Below the pieces are notes generated by a model. It did not search any database. It saw only the letters and a program-made list of their open reading frames with translations, and was not told the origin of the DNA. Shown one piece after another: positions 1-10,892 of a stretch of DNA of 64,000 nt. The translations under genes and the position numbers were made by a program. Source of the DNA: Macrostomum lignano (taxonomy: Eukaryota); NCBI GenBank assembly GCA_002269645.1, contig NIVC01003004.1:62001-126000 (forward strand). Reading direction: 5' to 3'. The number at the start of each line of letters is the position of its first letter. Positions within the stretch are counted from its first letter, which is position 1.

Positions 1-175
1 TTTAGCTCTACAGGCACTCATTTTAGCTCTACAGGCACTCATTTTAGCTCTACAGGCGCTCATTTTAGCTCTACAGGCACTCAATTTAGCGCTACAGGCA
101 CTCAATTTAGCGCTACAGGCACTCATTTTAGCTCTACAGGCACTCATTTTAGCTCTACAGGCACTCATTTTAGCT
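1..175. repeat. 21-bp minisatellite (TTTTAGCTCTACAGGCACTCA)n, ~8 copies, truncated by the window edge
   Basis: 21-bp periodicity read directly. Confidence 0.95.
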
Positions 176-446
176 GGTTGAAACAAACTTTGTTTCTGGT
201 CAATAAAGTTTTAAAAAAAACTAAAACCAGTCACCTATGGGATGGGAAAAAGTATTGTAGTGTCTCAGATTTTACTGGCGAAGCCCCCCAATACATGTAC
301 AAGTGATTGGTCATTCTAGTGCACTACTGCAGTATTATATCCCACCTGTAATAGCTTTTTTCATCGCAGTCTATTTGATCAACTCTGGCTAGATAGATCT
401 GTAACTGTGCATCAGTACTAAATATCTTTGCTAACCAGCTAATCTC

Positions 447-684
447 CACAGATACTACATGCCGCCCTAGATGGTTCACTAGATCCTTAGCATGCTTAGC
501 AAAACTACTCTCTACTCAGTAGTATGAGCGTAAAAGCAAAAAAATTTCGCGCGTGTGACCGGAGCAGCCATGCAGGCCATCAGTTTCTCAATATATTTTT
601 TGTGCCACTGCAGACACAGAGTAGCGAGTCAAATTGACGCATTAAGACCATCCGTGTGAACCATCTAGGGTGTTAGTATCTGTG
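447..684. repeat. Degenerate inverted repeat, possible old MITE or foldback
   Basis: CACAGATACTA..CCCTAGATGGTTCAC (447-479) is the reverse complement of GTGAACCATCTAGGG..TAGTATCTGTG (656-684); weaker similarity extends to ~320 and ~740. Confidence 0.6.
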
Positions 685-2600
685 CTACTTACAGACAGTT
701 ACAGGTAAAAAAATTATCATGCATGCTGCCAGCAGTAGTAGCAAAAATATTCGAATCTCAGTGCTATTTCTCAAGCTTTACTTTATAAATTTTATAAAGT
801 GAATATTTAATGCTTGCCATTTTTGTGTTAAAAAAGATTTTAACCAATGTATTATAGAGTTTAAAATCAATTTACGAGACAGAGAACTCAGCCTACTCAA
901 ATTTTCAATTTTGTAGTATTAAAAACAGATGACACTACTTAAATTTTTTTGTGTCGCTGCGGGGTCAACTCACCATCCGCGCGTGTAGAAGCTTTTTATA
1001 GCAGATTTTTATGCATGCATAAATTGAACTATTTGTCAAGTCGTTGCAAAACTTTCTGGACTGCTGGGTTTACTGTTGCATCTTTAACTGGATTGAAATT
1101 TTAACGCAACAACTCCTCTCACAGCTGCTCTATTGGAAATGCAAAACAGTTCCACATGCTGAACAAAACCTAAAACAATTTGCCATATAGGCAACTTCCA
1201 GTTGGAATAACACGACGAGAAATCCGAACGAATGCTGTGTTGGCGAGGCGAAGGAATATATTACTTACCTTTCTTCAATAGCTCTATTCACTATTCTATT
1301 GAAAAGCTAGGAATTGTTAAAAAACGATTAAAAATGAATGCGTCCAACTGTGTCATTTTTAACGATTTTAGGCGTAGCGATTTTTTCAGTTTGACTCAGT
1401 ATGTCAAATCGTTTAGCGGTTTTACCATTCAATAGAGCAGCTGCTAGCCAATTCAGGAATGTTTATGTTGTTCACGGTTGTAAACACAGTTTAGAAACTT
1501 TTGCAGCAGCTATCGTAGATTGTTTATGAAGAAATTGTTTACTTGGAGGGAGTACACATATAGCATATCCTTTAGTTTTTTTTTCAGTATTGTGTTGCAC
1601 TGTATGCGCTGTGAGATGTTGTTCTGCATTCATTAATGAAACACATGGCTTTTATTCTGCAACATATTTACCACGCGATTTTGTCAGTGGTTCAAAGTTG
1701 CCATTTTTCATTAGGAAGTCTATAGCAATTCCAGTCAAGAATTCTCAGCGAGTTGGAGAGCATTTTATTTGTTTTTGAGCAGATTTTTTTACCTATTCTC
1801 AGAAACATTTTTGCCGTTGTGTCCAGTGGCAGTATTATAGAACTTCCAATCAAATAGTTTTTTGTCCGAACATACAGAGTGGGTGGCCAGTACGCTTCGT
1901 TTTTCAAGTATAGCATTTTAGCTAGATAGTCCGTCTGTGTATCCGTACTTATTTTCTGTTCTAAGTTTAAGTCGGTTATGTTAATAATTGAGTAAACCAA
2001 CGGACATTTTTATAAGGTGGTGGAGGTGACTTTGGATAATACAAAAAATAAGCGTATGCATCCCACTTCAGCAATTAATTACTCGTAAATTAATTCTACC
2101 TGATTAATGACTACAACTGTAGCTAAGCGCTCTTGTGTGAGTAAACTCAGCTAGATTACCAATTCTTTTACAGTCGATGTTTTGTTGATCCGTTGTGTGC
2201 GTAGTTTTCTACGAATTTTTATTAGACACTTGAATTCCACACGATGGATTGGCTATAACCCTTGTTTGTCCGTCTCGTTTCTCGGAAAATAATTTGCTGT
2301 TGTTTTTTTTTTTAAATAACTGTGACAAAGACTAGCATTGCTCTACTGTGTCTACAATTTGTTTTTTTAACACACTAGGAAATATAGCGGATAAACTTCT
2401 GCAACTTTGTATCACTACGTTTTTGTCGCCGGACTACTCGTCATTCGATATTTCGGTGTTTTAAACAATTATCTGAAGTATTTTTATGCTTTGCCCACAC
2501 CTAAAAGCCTACTGCAATATTGCCTATATGCAGTAAGCTGCAGTACATACATTACAAGCCAATGACAATGAAATGGAGTGCAAACAGACTGCCGGACCCT

Positions 2601-3062
2601 AATGGCACAGGTCAGACAGTTGGATGAGGCAATGGCTCAGGTTAGAAACACAGTTGGATGATGCAATGGCACAGGTGAGAGACACAGTTGGATGATGCAA
2701 TGAAACAGGTGAGAGACACAGTTGGATGATGCAATGAAACAGGTGAGAGACAGTTGGATGATGCAATGAAACAGGTGAGAGACACAGTTGGATGATGCAA
2801 TGAAACAGGTGAGAGACAGTTGGATGATGCAATGAAACAGGTGAGAGACACAGTTGGATGATGCAATGAAACAGGTGAGAGACAGTTGGATGGTGCAATA
2901 GCACAGGTGAGAGACAGTTGGATGATGCAATGGAACAGGTGAGAGACACAGTTGGATGATGCAATGGAACAGGTGAGAGACACAGTTGGATGAGGCAATA
3001 GCACAGGTGAGAGACACAGTTGGATGAGGCAATAGCACAGGTGAGAGACAGTTGGATGATGT
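2601..3062 (+). repeat. 34/32-bp minisatellite, same family as the PDCL intron-1 array but inverted relative to it
   Basis: Unit GCACAGGTGAGAGACACAGTTGGATGATGCAAT; reverse complement of the 4894-5675 array. Confidence 0.95.
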
Positions 3063-3600
3063 AATGGTTTCAATCGCAGACAGCTCTTTTGCGAACAGAG
3101 GTATTTGAAAATCAACAAAAAGAGACAATAATAGAGACACCAGATTTTATCAGCGTAAGAGCTGTTTGACGTGGAAATACATATAAGCAGCATCATAAAT
3201 CATTATTTTCAAATAAAAGAATTCAATTATCAAGATACGTGATCAAATGAAGGGCTAACCCCTAGGACTTTCTAACTGAGGCAAAACACAAAACAATATG
3301 AAAATTCTGTTACCAAAATAAATAGCAGAATCAATACATTTAATGGTGTCGAATCATTAAAACAAAATTGAACATGATCGATATGATAAGAAACTAATTC
3401 TTGATTGCGGCCATAATTTTTGCAAACTATCATCATAGTGGAAGTTAAGCTGCATAAGAGAATAAATGAGGATACAGCAAAGCGATATAAACACATTTTG
3501 TGACAACATAAATGAGATAAGCGCTGGTCAATAAGACATGCTCAGGACAACAGACTAGTACATGGACAACTAAATGTCTGGAATCTCCCTTCCATTCAGC

Positions 3601-6032
3601 TCAGTCCGAGTCCGAATCGGACGACCTTCCATCCGTAGCAGCGTCGCGAATTTTCCGACCGCCGTTTGTCGCCACAGCGTCAGACTCGGCCAAACCGGCG
3701 TGTCCGGCACCCCTGGCCAGTCGGACAGCCTGTCCGTCCGCCAGCAGCGCCTCCGAGAGGACGCCGAATCTGTGGGACAGGCACATAGGTTGGCGCTTTA
3801 GTTGGCAGTCTCGGATTTATATTCACAATCACTAGAGCCATCATGGCACTGAGCACAGGCTGCAATCACTCAAGCCTGCATCCAACTCTCTGAGCACAGG
3901 CTGCAATCACTCTAGCCTGCATCCAACTCTCTGAGCACAGGCTGCAATCACTCTAGCCTGCATCCAACTCACTGAGCACAGGCTGCAATCACTCAAGCCT
4001 GCATCCAACTCACTGAGCACAGGCTGCAATCACTCTAGCCTGCATCCAACTCACTGAGCACAGGCTGCAATCACTCAAGCCTGCATCCAACTCACTGAGC
4101 ACAGGCTGCAATCACTCAAGCCTGCATCCAACTCACTGAGCACAGGCTGCAATCACTCAAGCCTGCATCCAACTCACTGAGCACAGGCTGCAATCACTTA
4201 AGCCTGCACCTAACGCACAGAGCACAGGCTGCGATCACTCAAGCCTGCACCTAACGCACAGAGCACAGGCTGCAATCACTCAAGCCTGCACCTAACGCAC
4301 AGAGCACAGGCTGCAATCACTCAAGCCTGCACCTAACGCACAGAGCACAGGCTACAACCATAGTGGTGTCGCAGCATTGAAAAGCAACCAAAAACAAATG
4401 CTCAGCGGACTCACTCAGTAAGAAAAGACTCCAATTGGTTCGCAGAGCATTGATCTCCCAGTTCTCTGCCCAGCGCTACAAAGCTACTGGTGACCTCGCC
4501 GGCCTTGTACACAACTAATGCTGGCAGGCCGCGCTCTATAAACCTGCGCGACACCAGAGCCTGAGACGCCTGGAGGCGGCAGAATTTCACTGTCAGATAG
4601 CGGCCAGCGAGTTCGTCCAGTGCGGCATTGACTGCAGCGCAAGCCGGCTCCTCGATGGAATCATAGATGTGCACCAAGACTTTCACATCTGGCGATTCAG
4701 CGTCCACCGCCTGTACAAAACTGCCCCGGTCCAGGTGGACAACTCGGCCAAACAGCTTCCGCTGGGCAAGAGATTGGCGCATCTCCTCTATGCGCTGGCG
4801 ACGGTACTGCACTAGAAACTCGTCGTCAATCTGGGGATGAGTCAATTCGAATGACTTGATTAGACTGATTTAATGCTCTTAAAGCTGGGTTTTCTGTGTC
4901 TCTCACCTGTGCTATTGTCTCATCCAACTGTGTCTCTCACCTGTGCTATTGCATCATCCAACTGTGTCTCTCACCTGTGCCATTGCCTTATCCAACTGTG
5001 TCTCTCACCTGTGCTATTGCATCATCCAACTGTGTCTCTCACCTGTGCTATTGCACCATCCAACTGTGTCTCTAACCTGTGCCATTGCATCATCCAACTG
5101 TGTCTCTCACCTGTGCCATTGCCTCATCCAACTGTGTCTCTTACCTGTGCTATTGTCTCATCCAACTGTGTCTCTCACCTGTGCCATTGTCTCATCCAAC
5201 TGTGTCTCTTACCTGTGCTATTGTATCATCCAACTGTGTCTCTCACCTGTGCTATTGCATCATCCAACTGTGTCTCTCACCTGTGCTATTGTCTCATCCA
5301 ACTGTGTCTCTCACCTGTGCCATTGCCTCATCCAACTGTGTCTCTTACCAGTGCTATTGTCTCATCCCACTGTGTCTCTCACCTGTGCTATTGCCTTATC
5401 CAACTGTGTCTCTCACCTGTGCCATTGTCTCATCCAACTGTGTCTCTCACCTGTGCTATTGTATCATCCAACTGTGTCTCTTACCTGTGCTATTGTATCA
5501 TCCAACTGTGTCTCTTACCTGTGCTATTGTATCATCCAACTGTGTCTCTCACCTGTGCCATTGCCTTATCCAACTGTGTCTCTCACCTGTGCTATTGCCT
5601 CATCCAACTGTGTCTCTCACCTGTGCTATTGCCTCAGCTAACTGTGTCTCTCACCTGTGTCATCGCCTCCTCCAATTCAGCGTCCAGCTGCGCCTCTCGC
5701 TCATCCTCCGCGGCAGTTCTGCAAGCGGTGGCCGCCGATAGCCTGGCCGCCAGGGCCAGCCGCTCCGCCTCCTGGTCGGTGCGGGCCTCTGCTTCCAGCT
5801 GTTTGAATCGGCGCCAGTCTGCCACAACGCCTTTTGGCCCGGTGTTGGTGGCAGCGCCGCGCCACTCTCGTGGCTCCTCCAGCTGCTGCTGAGGCTGCTG
5901 CTGCTGCACCTTGTGCTCCCTCTCGTCGCCAGCTTCATCGCCACTGTCTCCCTCGTCGTCGCTGCCGCTGCTGCTACTGCAGTAGTTGTGCACCTTTTCG
6001 CCTAGCAACCGATCGTCTAGAGACAAAGCCAT
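3601..6032 (-). CDS. PDCL: Phosducin-like protein 1 (PhLP1), 3 coding exons, ~320 aa
   Basis: Exons 6032-5655, 4830-4415, 3769-3601 with GT-AG junctions keeping frame; N-terminal LDDRLLGEKVHNYCSSS, DDEFLVQYRRQRIEEMRQ, thioredoxin-like VKFC and LPALVVYKAG, and ESFLTEFGVL match PhLP1 motifs. Confidence 0.93.
3849..4353. repeat. 41-bp minisatellite (~12 copies) in PDCL intron 2, each unit with a CAGGCT..AGCCTG hairpin
   Basis: Unit CTGAGCACAGGCTGCAATCACTCAAGCCTGCATCCAACTCA. Confidence 0.95.
4894..5675 (-). repeat. 34-bp minisatellite (~22 copies) filling PDCL intron 1; unit contains the exon-1 3' end plus the splice donor
   Basis: Minus-strand unit TTGGATGAGGCAATAGCACAG|GTGAGAGACACAG versus the real junction TTGGAGGAGGCGATGACACAG|GTGAGAGACACAG. 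Confidence 0.95.
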
Positions 6033-6136
6033 GGCTAAATATTTAGTCAGTTTTCTGAAACAGAAGCAAAGATCAAAATGCAAATCAGCATCTTTTTTAA
6101 TGTGGTGAGAATAAAGACAACTGCTTGAAGTGACAC

Positions 6137-6606
6137 CCGGTTGAAGAGAACTAGAAATGTGGAGGCTGAGGGCGGTGGAACTGCGGACGGAGACACTTCC
6201 GGTTGAAGAGAACTAGATTCTGGTGGAGGCTGAGGGCGGTGGAACTGGGGACGGAGACACCGGTTCCGGTTGAAGAGAACTAGATTCTGGTAGAGGCTGA
6301 GGGCGGTGGAACTGGGGACGGAGACACTTCCGGTTGAAGAGAACTAGATTCTGGTGGAGGCTGAGGGCGGTGGAACTGGGGACGGAGACACCGGTTCCGG
6401 TTGAAGAGAACTAGATTCTGGTAGAGGCTGAGGGCGGTGGAACTGGGGACGGAGACACCGGTTCCGGTTGAAGAGAACTAGATTCTGGTGGAGGCTGAGG
6501 GCGGTGGAACTGGGGACGGAGACACTTCCGGTTGAAGAGAACTAGATTCTGGTGGAGGCTGAGGGCGGTGGAACTGGGGACGGAGACACGGTCAGACACC
6601 GGTTCC
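6137..6606. repeat. 64/67-bp GC-rich minisatellite (~7 copies) upstream of PDCL
   Basis: Unit CCGGTTGAAGAGAACTAGATTCTGGTGGAGGCTGAGGGCGGTGGAACTGGGGACGGAGACAC(TT/CGGTT). Confidence 0.95.
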
Positions 6607-7587
6607 GGCTGTTAAGACTATCCAGGTAAAAAATGAAGCTATAATCTGAGTTGACAGCAGCAACAGCGCTGTATTAAAAAAACAGAGAACGCGCCAACAT
6701 TTATTTATACAGACAAACATACGAGTTGCTAGTCTCTAGTCAGCATGGAGTATTAGCACCTTAGAAACTAGACTCGTAACATCTCCGAAGAACATAAAGA
6801 TGGAAATATTCGCTAGGCGTGCACATATGCCACAGTAAATTATTCTTGGGTAAAAATAACAGCTTCGCAAACACAACAAACGACATACGAGCAGTTCTTT
6901 GTCTCCTAGCTAAGCAATTATCCTTTGTAATCGCTTAAAAGCCATCGTAACTAACTGGTCATATGTAAGTAGTGAATTTCGGCAAAAATAATCTTGACAG
7001 TACAGAATGACACAGCCAGCTCTTTAATTACAGGAGATATGCCTAGCAGATACCGAACAATGTCTTTCTGTGCTACTGCCAATAGCTAATTACGGGCAAC
7101 ATGGACAAGCAGTGCTAAACATTTTTATTCACGGTCAGATAAAAGCAAGAGATGAACAATACAATAAAAATCAAGTTACGGCGCTGGCACAGAAGAGCAA
7201 TGATGACACAATTTTAAACTCTCTGTACATGCACTGCTGGCAGGGTCTGCCAACTGGACGCGTATAAATATTGGCCATTCATACATTATTCCTCTTTTAT
7301 CGAAACATATACGAAACGATGTACAGTTATATGGCGACTATAAAACCGCAATTCTATGCGCTGGAAATATCAGTCAGTAAGCAAGAGAAAAAGGAATAAT
7401 GTTAATAATAAAATTAGTCAATCAGCTTTGTGAAAGTTCTACAGCTTGATACAAATTAGGGTAAATTTTACAGCGAGAATTTTTAACCGCTGATTTAAAC
7501 TCTGCATTCACTCCCCTATAAGCAGCTCGAGGCATCTAAAGAGACAGCTAAGTGACTAAATACTAGTTTAAATAAGTGTCTTTCTCA

Positions 7588-7785
7588 GGGGGGGCCGTAG
7601 CCCAGCGGTAGCGCAGCCGCTCTGGTGTGCCAGCGACCCAGGCTCGATTCCAAGTGCAGTCACATTAATTTGGGGCTGAATTAGAATATCGGCTTGGCTC
7701 TGCTCGTGCAATTAACGGCCTTGAGAGCCAACCCCCCAAGGCGCAGTGAAGTGTACATGCCTAACGATAAAATAAAGTTAGGGCC
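7588..7785 (+). mobile_element. tRNA-derived SINE
   Basis: GGGGCCGTAGCCCAGCGGTAG (A box), GGCTCGATTCC (B-box-like), A-rich tail; no complete cloverleaf. Confidence 0.7.
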
Positions 7786-8057
7786 GCTGTACACTCCTGT
7801 GTGAGTGTGTGCCTGCGTACGTATCCGCGCGCTTGTATGCCTGCTCAGGGGAGTCGGCGGAATGGGCAGTAATGCCTCTCGCCGGTTGTGTGCCTATGTC
7901 GCTTAAAGTGCGCCAGGGTGCACACAACCCCCCTGCCTCTAATAATAATAAAAAAGTGTCTTTCTCAAAGACACATTGCTTGTTCCGAGTGGGTCGGGAA
8001 TCGAAGCCCCGACTTTTCAGTTGCGAGCCCGACACTGTAACCTCGAGGCTACAACCC
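7786..8057 (-). mobile_element. tRNA-derived SINE with conserved central GTGTC-TTGAG-AAGACACTT domain
   Basis: Head GGTTGTAGCCTCGAGGTT, B box GGCTTCGATTCCCG; head and ACTCGGAACAA..TGTGTC shared with the copy at 45417. Confidence 0.7.
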
Positions 8058-9050
8058 TAACCCTAAATAGTAAAAATAAACACTTTGAGAGCTGCTGTTT
8101 ACAAAACTGTTCAGAAATTAAGTCGAGTACGTTTAACGTTTCTCTTATCATAGCTGCTAGCTTAGGTTTGATGTTGAGCAGAGAAGCTGATCTAGCAATA
8201 TTCAACTCATAAATAGTACTTATAACTGCATTTTAAACTATGATGCAGCACTAGCTTGGCTCGGATTGCACGGCTAGAATTAAGCATCTATGCACTACAT
8301 GGTAGAAACATCGATTCGAAAGCCATATTGAAATACAACTGGCTATGCCGGCTATTTAATACAATATTTATAAAACTATCCGTCGAAAGCAACGCACAAT
8401 GCACCAAAAACAGATCAAAGAGTTTTTAAACATGGATAGTGCTACGGAATATACCATCTAGATTAGAAAAGAAAGCAGGAAAGAACACAAAATAAGGACA
8501 ATAATCTGGAATAATCAACACAGTTTTAGCACAAAAATGAGAATAATCTACAGTTCTTGCTTCAAGAGATTGAAATTTAAATATTCCGTTTAATCCTGTT
8601 AGTCAGGCACCATTTATCAACGATATTAAATAATTATTAGCACGAAATAAAACTACCTATTCTATCAATAATAGAAAGGGACACTATTAGTATTAGAACG
8701 CTCAGCATGAAAACTACAAGCGATACTAAAACACTTTACGTTGACTGTAACATAAGGACAGTAAATTGACAAAAAGTTGAACTGTTTATGTTCACAACAG
8801 ATATCGCCAGAACACTGTTTTATGAAGACACCAAAATATCACACGACAAATTATCGCTAAGTTCCAGGCATTTTTTCAATCACTGAATATTTCAAATCAA
8901 ATATTTATTATTTCGAACTAGTGCTCACTGATAGTACAAAGACTTCTATTATGTATTAATTCTCATTGCTGCAAACCAATCCACTTTAGAGACGCAATTA
9001 TGGCCGAACAAATCCTGAAGCGACAGGGACACTGCATCAAAATTGTCAAG

Positions 9051-10892
9051 TCAGGGAGAGTTGGGAGCTGACAGTGAGCCAACGCCAGTCACGCTGCAAG
9101 GTGAGACAGGCTCGCTAATACCGCCAACTAGACTGCTATTGGCTGGTGAGGCAACGGCCGCGCTAGCAGATGCCGCGCCCGATGCTGCAGCAGAAGCGGT
9201 AGCCAGCGGAAGAACCTTCCTGGAGAACCAGACAGGCAAGAGGAAGGCGGAAGATTTCAGCCGATCGATCGAACGCTGGGACACGGAACGGTACTCAGGC
9301 AGCTCCAACAGCTGGAGAACCTCGTCCAGCAGAAGGAGGTAGGTGCGCGCACCTGACGACGAGCTGAGATGAGCTCGCTCTACAAGATACCGCTTGTCCT
9401 CAGCGTCACACAGGTAGCGGTACAGGTGACGGTGCCTATCGTACACACGCTGACAGCCACGGGAGACAAGGCCCAGGCAGCGGTTCACACAGCTGCCAAC
9501 TACAAAGCTGGTATCGGGACCAACGCTGGCACGGTCTGAATTGGCACCTGCTAATAAAGAATGAGACTCGCCGTCCAAGCGGTAGGCACTGAATGGGCTA
9601 TTGCTATTGCCGAAACTTTCGCCTTGTTGCTGCCCTTGTAACGCTTGGTGAGTTGTTGCAGAATTAGCAAATTGTGCTGCCAGATCCTCAGCTACAGCAC
9701 GATAGAAGCTGGCCTTATGCTGCTGCTGATATTCTGTTTGTTCATCGTCCTGGCATTCGCAGGAGCGGATATTGCTCAGACAGGGCTGCACGTAGCTGTC
9801 AAAGTAGCCGGCCAATAGGCTGTCAATGTCAGCACGGATTCGGCGCTGCAGACAGCCGTGTACTAAGCGAATGGCCTGCTGACTATCCAGATGAAGCTCG
9901 GCGCCAGCTCGTATTAGCAGAGAGTTTGCCAGATTTTTACGCTTTTTCACTGACGTGGAAGCTGGCAGCGCCGAGGATGAAGAGACACATACGGAAGAGA
10001 CTCTTGCCTTGTCAACTCGGCCGCTTAAAATACCGTCAGACGTTTTACTGCGCTCAAATTCAACAATACTGTCGGCAATGTTTCTGCGGCGACTCATTGA
10101 CAGGCGAAATGCAACCATGCCAGCCGGCCTCATGCTTTTGCAGTCCTCCTGATTTGATGGCGGCAACGGAGCTGGAAGATTTGGCACAGCGGGATCAAGA
10201 CTGGGGCCACACTGTACACCGTTGTCAACTGTCTGCGGAGGAGTCAGCGATACTAGGGAGAGCGAAGGGGGAGGCGTAGACTGAGACTGCTGCTGCCTTG
10301 CGTCGTCGATAACTAAAGAAGGTGGAGGGCGAAATCCCCCGCCACTGTTGCCGCCGCTTGCAATAACTGAAAGTGACGGCAACTGCTGCTGTTGAAGCTG
10401 CTGATGCTGCTGTACAACAATCGGCAAACGAGGCTTGGGCTGGTGCACAGTAATTGCACTGCTGACAGGCTGTAATACCAGATGCTGCTGTTGTTGGATT
10501 GACGTTGACTGGTTGCTACTGGAAGATACTGATGGGACAAAATCATGGAAGGGCATGCGGCTGTGAACGCTGCTATTAACTCCACCAAAAGCGCCATGAT
10601 GATTTAACTGAAACTGCTGCGGATGTTGCGACTGTAGCTGGTGCTGAAAAGACTGCTGTTGATTATTTATCTGCTGCTGCTGTTGAAAGCTTGCAGCAGC
10701 AGCCCCCAGCTGGGATGAAGCTGGATAGACAGCAGTCGAGAGGCCAGACTGAATTAGACCAGAAGTCCGGTTGCTGTTAACCAACAATGAGCTGAGAATA
10801 GACTGACTGTTGGCATTGCCAGCGCTGTTGCCACTTCTACTAGGCAGAAGCATAGCGCCATTGACCCGGTTAAATGTTGGTGGCCCCGACAT
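9051..10892 (-). CDS. DNTTIP1: Deoxynucleotidyltransferase terminal-interacting protein 1 (TdIF1, MiDAC subunit), single ORF of 613 aa with Q/S-rich N-terminus
   Basis: Dimerisation region AIRLVHGCLQRRIRADIDSLLAGY and C-terminal DTSFVVGSCVNRCLGL..RVYDRHRHLYRYLCDAEDKRYL..TYLLLLDEV..EYR match DNTTIP1 (TTFVLGSRANKALG..IYIKHPHLFKYAADPQDKHWL). Confidence 0.88.
   Translation of the reverse strand: MSGPPTFNRVNGAMLLPSRSGNSAGNANSQSILSSLLVNSNRTSGLIQSGLSTAVYPASSQLGAAAASFQQQQQINNQQQSFQHQLQSQHPQQFQLNHHGAFGGVNSSVHSRMPFHDFVPSVSSSSNQSTSIQQQQHLVLQPVSSAITVHQPKPRLPIVVQQHQQLQQQQLPSLSVIASGGNSGGGFRPPPSLVIDDARQQQSQSTPPPSLSLVSLTPPQTVDNGVQCGPSLDPAVPNLPAPLPPSNQEDCKSMRPAGMVAFRLSMSRRRNIADSIVEFERSKTSDGILSGRVDKARVSSVCVSSSSALPASTSVKKRKNLANSLLIRAGAELHLDSQQAIRLVHGCLQRRIRADIDSLLAGYFDSYVQPCLSNIRSCECQDDEQTEYQQQHKASFYRAVAEDLAAQFANSATTHQALQGQQQGESFGNSNSPFSAYRLDGESHSLLAGANSDRASVGPDTSFVVGSCVNRCLGLVSRGCQRVYDRHRHLYRYLCDAEDKRYLVERAHLSSSSGARTYLLLLDEVLQLLELPEYRSVSQRSIDRLKSSAFLLPVWFSRKVLPLATASAAASGAASASAAVASPANSSLVGGISEPVSPCSVTGVGSLSAPNSP

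Noticed and set aside
1692-2000. 102-aa minus-strand ORF
   Set aside because: No recognisable motif or supporting exon structure
3849-4353. CRISPR-like palindromic repeats
   Set aside because: Units are directly adjacent with no unique spacers, there are no cas genes, and the context is a eukaryotic intron
2599-5892. Long Cys/Leu-rich ORFs (up to 339 aa)
   Set aside because: They are translations of the 34-bp repeat in all frames, antisense to PDCL for the intronic array
7588-7660. tRNA gene
   Set aside because: Has A/B boxes but no closed acceptor stem, and continues into a SINE body and tail
8055-8066. Interstitial telomere repeat (CCCTAA)2
   Set aside because: Only two copies; compatible with chance
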